Shown piece after piece: positions 1-11,317 of a stretch of DNA of 64,000 bases (position 1 is its first letter; every line of letters begins with the position of its first letter). Under the pieces are notes generated by a model, which was given only the letters and a program-made list of their open reading frames with translations, was not told the DNA's origin and did not search any database. This stretch comes from Octopus sinensis (taxonomy: Eukaryota), in assembly GCF_006345805.1 (NCBI RefSeq), contig NC_043003.1:30566001-30630000 (forward strand). Direction: 5' to 3'. The translations under genes were made by a program, and so were the position numbers.

Positions 1-903
1 GTAAAACCGATACCCCTGTGATAAATAATATTAAATATTTAGTTGTAATACTTCATTTTACCTTCATAAATGTATTCATTTAGAGAATTATCTCAGATAA
101 AAAAAAATGATTGACAGCTATTATATAGTGTCATATCATGTATGACCATAATATATATTTTTGTGAAATGGTATATTCTATGTCTAAAAGTTAATCTACA
201 AACAAATAGACAAGCCATATCATAAAACAATATCTAAGCTACAATAGAAGTGCATTAGTTAACTTCCTTGTTAACATCCATTATGTATTAGAAAATAGAG
301 CCATACAAAATAATTATCTCAGAATTACAATGAAAACATAAAACATCAATTTCTGTTGTTCTTATCTTTGTAAAATGTGAATTATCATTGATCTGAACAT
401 AGTGTTTATTATCTACAATTAATCGTTTTATCTGTAACAGATGCATGAATATTGCTGAAAGTTGTCATAGACAAAACTGAAATACAACAAATCTGGGATG
501 TGCAGAAGAATATCAAGGATATCATGGACAGAACATCAAAATGTTAAAGATAAACAGAATTTTGGGATTTACCATTGCTGAAGTATATTATGAATACTTT
601 GAAAATATGAGATGCAGTACAGTATTAGATAGGAAAGATAAATGGAAACAGGGGAGAGACTAGAAAATACATGAATAGACAATATCAAAGAGTGGATTGA
701 GTTAAACTGGTAATGTCATTATAAGAATGGAATGAAATGGGACAGAATGGTTATTTGTGATAGTTGACCTGTATATGTGGAATATCATCTGCATATGTTA
801 TTTCAGTGTGATTTTCTGTGTATATTATCTCTACTGTTTAGTGTATACAACTTCTGTGTGACATTTTCTATGTGTATTACCTTTGTCATATTTTCTGTAT
901 ATT

Positions 904-1200
904 GCACAGGCATGGTTGTGTGGTAAGAAGTTTTCTTCCCAACTATATGGTTCTGGGTTTAGTCCCACTGTAAGGCACCTAGGGGAAAGTGTGTTCTACT
1001 ATAGATCCAGGCTGACCAAAGCTTTGTGAGTAGATTTGGTAGACAGAAACTATAAAAAGTCTTGTCACATAAATATACTTGTTCCCCACCACTGCTTGGC
1101 TACTAGTATTGGTTTGTTTATGTGCCTTAAGTTAGCAGTTCAGCAAAAAGAAACTTAGAATAAGTACCAGGCTTAATAAAAAAAAAAAGTACTGGGGTCA
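904..1200 (+). mobile_element. tRNA-derived SINE family A, diverged copy
   Basis: Aligns by eye with the cleaner copy at 32804-33210 (A-box-like TGGTTGTGTGG, B-box-like GGGTTTAGTCCC, shared body and TAGAATAAGTAC segment). Confidence 0.75.
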
Positions 1201-2104
1201 ATTAAACCAATCAAGTGGTTCAATGACTGAGATTAGTAAAAGATAAAGGATATAGCCTTAGAGTGATATATTTTGTATATATAACCTCAGTGATATTTAC
1301 TCTATATTTATGTGTATTTTCTCTGTATATATTACCTTAATGTAATATTTTCTTTAAAACAAAATTGAAGCCTCATCCTGTATTTACTATATCTAATAGT
1401 GAAAATGGCTCATGTTAGTTATAAAGACTTACTGACCTGCAGAGAATGTGAATAAAACTATTATAAAATGTTACTGATTTTTTTGTGATCACATTTTATA
1501 TGGAAATATTGAATAAACAAAAAATTGTGACAACTACAGCTTTTTAAAAAAAAGAAAACTTTGATTAAACTTTTTCATATAATATCTTTCTCAACTATAG
1601 AAACGCTTGCATATAAGAGATATTATGCAGAAGAAAGCTAAGCAAGTGCATCTACATTAACAAGTAGGTATCAATTCATCTCACAGACAATACAAACAGT
1701 TACTTCTTTTTAAATATACCCACACTATATCAAGTTAACTTATTACATTGATATGCCACACTTGAGGTCATCCTGGGAGTCTTCTCCATTTATTGTCAAT
1801 CTCAAGTCCATAATGCTAACGTTTCACTCTCATATAACATAATAATCCTGACATGAAGCATGAATACTGACTCTCTCAATATTACTTGACAACTACATTG
1901 ATATTAAATATTTGTTATCTTTATATTTCATTTGTTTATAGGTCATTGTAGATAACCATTCTGTCACATCTCATTTTTATAGTGTAATTGTATCCATTCT
2001 GTGATGCCTGTCCACATATTTCTTGGTCCGTCACATCTGTACCATTTATCTTTCCTTCCAAAAAATATATTTGTCACAAACATTTCTAAGATATTGGTGT
2101 TATG

Positions 2105-2212
2105 AAGGGTAACCAGCTGTAGAAACCATACCAAAGTTTTCTGACTTGCCAGCTCCTGTCAAACCATCCAACCCATGCCAGCATGGGAAATGGATGTTAA
2201 ATGATGATTGGA
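2105..2212 (+). mobile_element. RTE-LINE 3' tail fragment
   Basis: CCAACCCATGCCAGCATGG...GTTAAATGATGAT matches the 3' end of the RTE copy at 24337-25085. Confidence 0.65.
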
Positions 2213-2384
2213 TGTTTTATGTTCAATCCATGACACATGTCAAGAATGATAAACAAAATGCAAAATTGTGAAGAATGTTCAGAAGTCTAAAACATAAATG
2301 CCAAAGTGTCAGTGATATACATAAATTCATTTATTACAAAATGTTATTACTTATAGAAAATATTTTATTATAGATATCACATAG

Positions 2385-2706
2385 CTATGATTTATTGCTT
2401 ATGTGGATACATTTGTGCAGAATTAAATCACTACTTCCAAAAAATATTACAGTTGTACAGTCATTTTCATTGCAAATATGTTGGTGCCAAGAGAAATGAT
2501 CACTTTGTGAGGATGTTTTACCACAAATGTCACAGTGTAATAATGACCTTTCACCTGTATGAATATATTTGTCAGAAGACAAAAATCACCACTTCTAGAA
2601 AATATTATTTTCTGTGCTGTGACAGTCTTTCTCCTGTGTGAATACATATGTGGGAAGACAAACAGTCAATTGAAGAAAATGTTTTTTTCTCACAAATATC
2701 ACAATG
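2385..2706 (-). pseudogene. Fossil zinc fingers downstream of the ZNF-1 stop (about 4 units)
   Basis: In frame after TAA: HCDICEKKTFSSIDCLSSHICIHTGERL, then frameshifted remnants such as [20 protein letters not shown]. Confidence 0.9.
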
Positions 2707-3954
2707 TTATAGACTTTCTTCTGAATGAATACGTTTGTGCTGATTTAAATTACTATTTTGAGTGAATGTTTGGCCACATATATCACAGTGGTATGGTTTT
2801 TCCCCTGTATGAATACGTTTGTGTCGAGATAAATGACTATTTGTAGAGAATTTTTTATCACAGATATCACATTGATATGGTTTCTCTCCTGTGTGAATAC
2901 GTTTATGTTTAAATAAACTACCGCTTTGAGTGAAAGTTGCACCACAGATATCACAGTGGTAGGGTCTTTCTCCTGTGTGAGTACGTATGTGGGAAGACAA
3001 ATTACTACTTGTATAAAATTTTTTATCACAGATATCACATTGGTATGGTTTCTCTCCAGTGTGAAGACGTTTGTGTTTAGATAAGATACCACTTTGAGAG
3101 AATGTTTTACCACAGATATCACATGCATATGGCCTTTCACCTGAATGAATATGTTTGTGCAAAGATAATTCACCACTTCTAGAGAATGTTTTTCCACAAA
3201 TATCACAGTAATATGGTTTTTCACCTGTGTGTGTACGCTTGTGGCTAGACAAATAATCGCTTCTAGAAAATGTTTTACCACATATATCACAGTAATATGG
3301 CTTTTCTCCAGTGTGAATAAATTTATGTGAAGACAAATGATCACTTCTAGAAAATGTTTTACCACATATATCACAGTGGTATGGTTTTTCTCCTTTGTGG
3401 CAACGTCTATGGGAAGATAGTTCATCAACTGTTGAAAACCTTTCACTACAAATATCACAGTTGTATGGTTTTTCACCTGAGTGTATGCGCTTGTGTTTTG
3501 ATAAACTACGACTTCCAGAATATGTTTCACCACAGATATCACAATGATATGGTCTTTCTCCTGTGTGGATTAATTTGTGAGAAGACAGCTGACCACTTCT
3601 GGAAAATGTTTTACTACAGGTGTCACACTTGTAAGGTCTTTCTCCTGTTTGAACACATGTGTGTGAAGACAAATGATCTGTTGTAGAAAATGTTTCATCA
3701 CAGATATAACATTGGTATAGTTTATCTCTTGTGTGAATACCTTTGTGGCAAATTAACAAATTGCTGCTGGTGAACTGTTTATTACAAACTTCACATTGGT
3801 ACAGCTTAGAGGATGAGTGAGTTAATTTGTGTTGTCTTAAATTCTTTCTTGTGAATACCTCTCCGCATATATCACAAGGATGTGATTTCTTGTTCATATT
3901 TTTCTGTATATTAGTAGATGCATCAATATTCTCAGTTTCTGCTTTTTCATTCAT
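2707..3954 (-). CDS. ZNF-1: C2H2 poly-zinc-finger protein, 415 aa, 14 finger units (one degenerate, one with C-x11-H spacing)
   Basis: Open ORF of C-x2-C-x12-H-x3-H repeats with TGEKPY linkers after a short acidic leader; no recognisable effector domain. Confidence 0.95.
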   Translation of the reverse strand: MNEKAETENIDASTNIQKNMNKKSHPCDICGEVFTRKNLRQHKLTHSSSKLYQCEVCNKQFTSSNLLICHKGIHTRDKLYQCYICDETFSTTDHLSSHTCVQTGERPYKCDTCSKTFSRSGQLSSHKLIHTGERPYHCDICGETYSGSRSLSKHKRIHSGEKPYNCDICSERFSTVDELSSHRRCHKGEKPYHCDICGKTFSRSDHLSSHKFIHTGEKPYYCDICGKTFSRSDYLSSHKRTHTGEKPYYCDICGKTFSRSGELSLHKHIHSGERPYACDICGKTFSQSGILSKHKRLHTGEKPYQCDICDKKFYTSSNLSSHIRTHTGERPYHCDICGATFTQSGSLFKHKRIHTGEKPYQCDICDKKFSTNSHLSRHKRIHTGEKPYHCDICGQTFTQNSNLNQHKRIHSEESL

Positions 3955-4354
3955 AACTTTACTGTTTAATCTATATTATCTTCTGTAAGATGATCTATTA
4001 AAAAATAATTCAAGTGGATTTCTTAAAATGGAATCTTGTAATTAATGATGAGCAACTAAAAGAACATTAAACTCATCCGAATTAACAAGATATATTTTTG
4101 TTGTATTAGTAATCACACATAAGAAAATTACAATTTCATGGTAAATCTTCCAATTTTAATCTGCACACAAAAAATATTCGAGTAAATATTTGTATAAGAA
4201 TTTTTTTAGAAATATTCTCACTTCAAAGGAAATATTTCACATCAATTCAACCAAGAGTAGTAGATATGGGCTGACATCAGCTTGATGAAGTTATTTTTAG
4301 TTTTCCAAGATTGACGATCCATGAAACATTTTTATCTCAGTGTCATCAAATAAC

Positions 4355-5354
4355 CTGAAATAAAGACAACATAAAACATAAAGGACAATGAAGTATTAAC
4401 ATGTTGATTATTGGAGAAAATAGCTGACCATAGATATTGAAAGTTAGAACCGAAAGAAACAGAACATGTTTACAGAGAACAGACACTTTGGTATATATAT
4501 GTAGTAGAAATGAGTAAGGACTAAAAGTGTGGATAAACCAAGCTCAGCCGACCTAGAACATCCTAAAACTATACTTTTCACCAGATCCAAGCAAACAAAA
4601 ATTCATATCTACATCATTTGAAATGTTAGTTACTTAATTGAATCAGGCTTCTGGAGGTAAAAGACTTATGATTATAGTAACATTTAAATATTTGAGTGAG
4701 AAAATTCATTGTAGGACTTGAATAAGTACCTTAATGATTTTATTAGAGGTAGGGCAAACCTTTACATTTTCACGATGGACTCAAAAGAATACACAAGGAA
4801 ATTCATAAATTTGATCAAGTTTGAATGACGTGAGGGAAGGGGGAACCTGTAGTTTTGGACTAGCAACTCGTTTGAATGAAAAGTTATGTTCAACAAATGA
4901 AAAATTCCTTTTCTCTCGAAGTATCAGTTCTAAAACTTCAGACATTTCACTATACAGCATACTAGTTTATCAAAATTCATTACGTTCACTCTCATCTTTT
5001 CGTGTTAATACACAACATGGGATACACAGAAGCGATACTTCTTGTTTCGCCGCCTTAACTACTTATTGTTTTAAAATTTAATGATTCGGTTACTGTAAAC
5101 TGAAAAGACACATTTGAATTCACAACAGTTATGTAAAGGATCGCCGAAGTTGAATGAATTATAATAAAAATTAAAAATAAATTTCCTGCAAAGTATATTA
5201 ACTACGGGTTTTAAACTAAGATAGAAATTAGAGATAATGAAGCAAAGTAAAAATGAGGAGGTAAAACCATATCTTGAACGGAGCAAGAATGGCGCAGATG
5301 AAGTAGAAATGTAAATATAAAACAGAGAATGTGTAAATTATAAATGATACTTAC
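4355..5354 (-). other. Predicted 5'UTR intron of ZNF-1 (1000 nt)
   Basis: Donor TAT|GTAAGT (5354) is homologous to the ZNF-5 donor; acceptor ...GTCTTTATTTCAG|GTTAT (4355) is conserved in all five paralogs. No transcript evidence. Confidence 0.65.
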
Positions 5355-5760
5355 ATAATATAGTTAATAAAATGAAATGAGATGTACTGAAATAGTAACT
5401 TAAAATTGACTTTCATCTACTTCTTGCAGGATATCTCTATTGTCTTCTTCTGGCTAATGAACAATGATTAAAATTAGTTACAGAAGTTAATAATTTACTA
5501 CAGACACAGTGTAAATAAATATTAAGAAATAATATGTCAACAGTGTTTACACTGATGAGACATAGCGGAAGTATCATTGTTCAGGTTGGAAGAATTTACT
5601 TCTAAGCACTAGAGAGTTGTTCACTGGTTATTCCTTTACCTGATGCGCGATAATTACTACTTCGCTCAAGATGGTTCAACCGTACGTTTTCTCTCTGCTT
5701 TTGCGATACGTTATACCAGTGACTATTATTCAGCGTGCCCTTGTTTTTGTTCAATCCCCA
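5355..5760 (-). promoter_or_regulatory. Predicted exon 1 and promoter of ZNF-1
   Basis: Alignable to 50160-50430 (ZNF-5) and 14640-14810 (ZNF-2); ETS-type GCGGAAGT at 5565-5572; locally CpG-rich in an AT-rich background. Confidence 0.55.
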
Positions 5761-6772
5761 AAACAGTTATGATCAGGATGACTTTTATTAAAAAATGTTC
5801 CAGCTGTCTAGGATTATTTTATTCATTGTGTCCACACCTTTTTAAGACTAAAGGATGCGTTTTTTGAAGGAAATTGCGTGTGTGGGGAACATGCTTACAT
5901 GATGATATACTACTTTAACCCATTAAAGCGCTGGGATTTGCGCTTACATAGCACGGACTGCTGAGCACATTTTATAAAAATGAGACTACTATGCACACAT
6001 AAAAAACAAAAAATAGTTAAAATTCTTAGTATATAATGGTGGCAAGTTTTATTTCATCTGAAAAATCATTAGTTGAACTATCAGGTTTCTTGCATTCTGG
6101 AGGGTATCGGAGCATTTGAGTGACATTAAACCCCAACAAACGCCCATAAATTACATGCATCTATCTGGGACACGATCGTTGCCCGTCGCACTTTGTGTTA
6201 AGATAGTTTTCAGAAACGAATTTTACATTTAAGATGGAGGGATATTAAAATAAATTCAATAATTGGGAAATAAATAAAATATATTTGAAATGGTACTACT
6301 TAGGAAGAGTGGACCCGACGCGCGCACACGCGCAAGTCAGTGGCACCCTCCATATGTATAAAGATGCGCAAGCTATAAATCCGGTGGGGGGATTTTATCT
6401 ATCCATCTATTTAATAAAACAAACAAATTTTGAAGTAAAATCTTTTCTAAAAGTGAAAATAATGAAATAAAATATTATTCGAAAGTGAACCACCATTCTG
6501 AAAGATGTTTTAGAATGTTCTGAAAACATTCACCCTGTTTTCCCCAAATTTTTCCCTCCAAAGAAACTCAGATAAAAGTTACTGGAAAAATGCAAAATGC
6601 AGATTCAAAAGTATGATGGGACTACACAAAATCCCCCTCCCCCGATTTACAGTTTACACATATTTATACACATGGAGGTTTGTTTTTTTGTCATGGGTGT
6701 CACTGACTGGCGCATCTTGTCCACTCTTCTTAAGTAGTACCATTTGAAACTCATGTCCATTCCAACAATTTA

Positions 6773-7198
6773 GTAGGCCTCGTTGGACCCCCACCCCCGA
6801 TTTTTCACAACAGTTTTTTTGGACGTAATTGTAATCTACACCATTTGATATGTATTTGTAGAAAAATAAAGTCAGCGGACCAAGGGCACATATGTGTAGT
6901 TATGATTCTAACACTGCCTATACCGCCTTTCTCGTTATTTTCTATTTACCACAGACAACCAGTGGTAAATAGAAAATAACGAGAAAGGCAGTGTTAGATG
7001 AATAATGTTATAGTAGACAGTGTTTGAATCATAACTACACATGTGCCCTTGGTTCGCTGACTATTTTTTTTCATAATTCTTGAAAAATGAGAGTTTTTTG
7101 TAATAAATTTTTCTACAAATACATATCAAATGGTGTAGATTACAATTATGTCGAAATATGTTGTGAAAAATCGGGGGTGGGGGAAGAATAAGTCCTAC
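6773..7198. mobile_element. Palindromic fold-back/MITE-like element
   Basis: Termini GTAGGCCT / AGTCCTAC; long imperfect arms; central perfect 28-bp stem (6925-6952 with 6962-6989) and 9-nt loop. Confidence 0.8.
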
Positions 7199-8137
7199 AC
7201 CTCAACAAAACAGATGAAACAAAGGCGAACTATGTGAATTATCCGAATCCCATCTGCATTTTTTTCACATCAAATTCCAACATAATCATAATCTAAACCT
7301 TCTGAAATGTATTTGTAGAAAATTGTATTTAGAAATACTCATGTTTAAGAAATCTATGAGAAAACAAAGTAGTAGAGTGGGGGCACATATCTAGTTATGC
7401 TGTGTTAGAAAGACAGTGGTGGAGTAGGCGATATTAAACATTGATATGTTAAACAGTGTGCTGTAAGCAATATCAGATGACCAATACACTAATATGGTTG
7501 GTAGTGTTAGACAAACAGTGATATGAGAGGTAGCATTATAGACTGGTTTAGTAGGTTACTCTTTGATTTGGAAAAAATTCTATCACCATATTTTCATCAA
7601 GTTCCTCAGTTTTAGAAATCTCAAGAGTTAGTAAAGAGATTGAACAGAAACTAATAATAGCAGCATGATGGGAAAAGCAGTAAAGATAAGTGACTGATAG
7701 AAACATGGCTGAAGGTAGGAGAGTGAGTGATGGATAGCAATAAAGATGGTGGTGTTCAGTGAGAGTGAATGATGGATAGTAATAGTGATGGGTGATTTAA
7801 GAGTGGCAGATATCATGGGAAAAGATACTGATGGTTAGTGATGGAGAAGGCTAATGGTAAGGACATCTTATGCCATCCCTTGGGCATTGTGATAGCAAAA
7901 GAGAGATTAATAATCGTTGATAATGGAGAGATTGAATGTGGTAAGATAAAATGTCATTACACATGAAGGTGATAGCTAAGATGGTAATGAAGAGGGCAGT
8001 GGATAGGGGCAACAAATATGATTGGGGAAAAACCCAAAATAGATATATTTTACATCCTAAACTCCATCATAACCATTTTTTAATGATTCTGCTTGCATAA
8101 GTGAGCCGTCTTTTTCAATGTCATGAGTGTGTATGTA

Positions 8138-8173
<36 letters not shown>

Positions 8174-8549
8174 CTAGCAGTATCACCCGGCGTTGCTTAG
8201 GTTTGTAAGGGAAATAACTATGTAAGCATTTTTAGAGAGTTATAGCCAAAAGATAGCAAAAAAATGCATTAAAAATGGAAAAAAAATGATGGTAATTTTT
8301 TTTCAAATCGTTGACATTTTTAGAGAGTTACTTCCCTTATATAATAGCGAAAAAAATGCATTAAAATGGAAAAAAATGATGGTAAATTTTTTTTTAAATC
8401 GTAGACTCATGCTAATACCCAGAAGGGCTCGATATGAATCACGACTATAAGATACCCGGTTTTGGTTAAACTGCACCGCAAAATGTGGGAGTAGTTAGGA
8501 ATCTAAATCGTAGGAGACAGACACACAACTTCACTTTTATATATAAAGA
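8174..8549 (-). mobile_element. Non-autonomous Helitron
   Basis: On the minus strand: 5' TC, 3' CTAG, inserted between A and T, degenerate subterminal hairpin CCTAAGCAACGCCGGG, internal ~100-bp duplication, flanked by (TA)n. Confidence 0.75.
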
Positions 8550-8663
8550 TATATATATACATACACATACACATGAAAGAAAGGGTGATGTTTAGATTTT
8601 ATTTCTTGTGTTAGTGTTTCTATTATAATCCAAATATTTGCAGTACAGAAAATAATTAGAGTG

Positions 8664-8882
8664 GTGAGTGAGTTGGTAGAATTGTTTCCATGCCAGAAAA
8701 TATGCTTAGTGGTATTTCTTCTGACTTTACATTCTGAGTTCAAATGCTGCCAGAGTTGACTTTGCCTTTCATCATTCTGAGGTTGATAAAATAAGTACCA
8801 GTTGAGGACTGGAGGTGATTTAATTGACTTACTCTCTCCTCCAAAATTGCTGACTTTGTACCAAAATATTTGAAACCAATAT
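8664..8882 (+). mobile_element. tRNA-derived SINE family B, diverged copy
   Basis: GAGTTCAAAT B-box and core GACTTTGCCTTTCATC...GATAAAATAAGTACCAG shared with 48101-48312. Confidence 0.75.
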
Positions 8883-9409
8883 AGAACAGAATTTTTTCAA
8901 AGTAAACTGTGAAAAGTAATATTTTAATTCTATTACTAAACAATTCCAAATAAAGTTTGCATGAACTGGTTACAGTAGTTTAAGGAAGTTTGGTGGCATA
9001 TGAATGAAAGCACATGAGTTTCTTCTGTATATGAACTAAGGAACCTGAGGTCTTTAAGAAAAATACAACATAGAAACTTGTGTTATTCTTGCATTTTTTA
9101 AGGTTTTATTCTTGGATTATTCACACATCAATGACAGATATAAGCCATTTAATTGTGTAGGTTTGACAATCTATTTTCTATGATATGTTATGTAATTCTT
9201 CTACATAGATTTTCAAATTTACACTACTGAATGATTTGTTTTGGATATATATAAACAGTTTAACAGAGAGTATGTGCCGTTCTGACCACACTGAGTATGA
9301 CTGAGACCCAAGGTGTTATAGTCCAACACTTTGGTTATTAATTCTGATTTCAAATACTAAATTACTTTAGAGTACACTAATAATACATCCTTGTATAGAA
9401 TTAAAAATA

Positions 9410-9570
9410 ATGTAGGTTAGGGAGCTTGCTTCCTAGTTACATGGTTTCGGGTTCAGTCTCACTGTGTGGCATTTTGGGTAGGTGTCTTCCACTATAGCCC
9501 TGAGCCGACCGGAGCTTTGTGATTGAATTCGGTAGGTGGAAGTTACTGCCGTGTGCGTATATCTGCTCAG
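9410..9570 (+). mobile_element. SINE family A, 5' half
   Basis: GGTTCAGTCTCACTG...GTGTCTTCCACTATAGCC matches the 32804 copy. Confidence 0.65.
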
Positions 9571-10373
9571 TGCCTCTCCGAAAGAGAGAGAGAGAGGGGG
9601 AATAATGATGTTTTGTTTTAGTTGTTAGCAATATCAGTGAATGTGACAAATGATTGTGATAAAAACAGAATTACTCAAAAACGCATTTGTTGTTGTACAT
9701 CTGATTGACATAAGTGTACCTTTTGATTCTCATCATATAATCTCTCATATATTGAGAGTATCAAGCAGTAAATGAAGGAATAACCACAAGTGTCCTTACA
9801 TGCCCCACTCCACCTTGCTTCCTGGTACACCCCGTCGGCTGAAGTCATGAGGGCAAATTAAATATAATTACCTCCCCTTATACATACCTTTAATAGTCAA
9901 CATCTCAATTCACACTCAAGCTTTCTCACAAAAAAAAGTCTGCCTTATCCAATACTTGGTATTATTTATTCAATATTTCTTGGTCTGTCACTCTGGTTTC
10001 CATTTATTTTTCAGTTATATTATTACTGTAACTAATATCTTATATATTCAATTTTCATAGAAGACTGGGGATAAACATCACTTGTATGATGAGTGCGATC
10101 ATTTACAACCATAACAAAGTGTCACAAGGATGCACACAAATATGTATCGTCATCAGTGTCTAAAGTCGACTCTTCCATGAATTAGAGGGAATTTGTTGAA
10201 GCAGATTTCCTACAGCTGGATGTCTTTCTTGTTGCCAATCCTCACATGTTTCCGAACAAGTTAATATTTCACCAAACATGCAGGAAACAAATGGATGTTA
10301 CTTGTATGATGGTGATGCTGATTTACTATCATCACATGTCAAGACAAGGGTACACTCACACATACATTATATT

Positions 10374-10426
<53 letters not shown>

Positions 10427-10999
10427 CATACAAGGGGTGTATGAAAAGTTTTCAGCCTTCATCAGAAATCTTGTATCATTTTGTTTTTTGAGGCTCAAGA
10501 CTTTTCGTACACACACACATACTCATGATGGGCTTCTTTCATTTTCTGTCCAAGATCACATGGTTAGGAAACAAATTTCTCAAACACAGCTGATCATATG
10601 ATGAGCTTCATTCAGTTTCTTTTTACCAAATCCATTCATCAGGTTTTGGTCTGCCTATATTAGAAATAATCCTAGAGTTGGTGGTATTGACTAACAACCG
10701 CCAAATCACAGGCCTTTTGCCTAATTCAAAAATAATTAGATGTGCAGTAAATAACAGAAAACCTTATTGCTGACAATTAACAATACAGAGTGCTCAGAAC
10801 AAATGAAAAACAACACAAATTAATATTCCAAGGTTTTATTTTAATGAAATTGTATTTTGTATAATTCTACAAATTCTCTGATATTGGTGACAGTTTACTC
10901 TAAAAGTAGTGGGTTAACTACTGGAATATTCTAGTAGGCACATTGTCATTTAAAGTTCTGTTTGAACTAATTTAAATATTATTTTATAATATTTAAGAA

Positions 11000-11317
11000 T
11001 ATATATATGGTGTTTACACCTAAGCAGAAAGTATTATCACATATATCATTGTGTTATAACCATATGAGTTGTGTAAATATTTTTATGATCCTTTAACAGC
11101 TATCATATCTCCTTTATAAAAACACATTTTTACAAGGGAGAATATTATGAAATTAGAGTTTTACACTACAATGCAATGATATATATTTTACTTGCTGTAC
11201 TCTTAATGCAAATAAAAGAACAAATTTATGGCAAAAGTGATACTATTTGTAAAATTCCTCAACATAGTTTCTTACAAGAGAAAACATTTGTCATTCAATA
11301 ACAGTATAATGTAGATG
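11000..11317 (-). pseudogene. Heavily decayed finger remnants downstream of the ZNF-2 stop
   Basis: Minus-strand fragments such as TGATATATGTGATAATACTTTCT and TATCATTGC resemble CDICDKTFS and YHC codons. Boundaries approximate. Confidence 0.5.

Noticed and set aside
2745-3542. Long +1-frame ORFs nested in the ZNF genes (265 aa here; also 11860-12657 and 11335-11820)
   Set aside because: The finger codon pattern TGT GAT ATC TGT GGT AAA is naturally stop-poor in the +1 frame (VISVVK repeats). This is a by-product, with no independent evidence of coding.
10246-10601. ORFs with YI/TH runs (also 40433-40645, 59282-59627, 59990-60414, 30024-30572)
   Set aside because: Translations of (TA)n, (CA)n and (GA)n microsatellites and repeat bodies; only the GIY-YIG remnant in 59990-60382 was kept.
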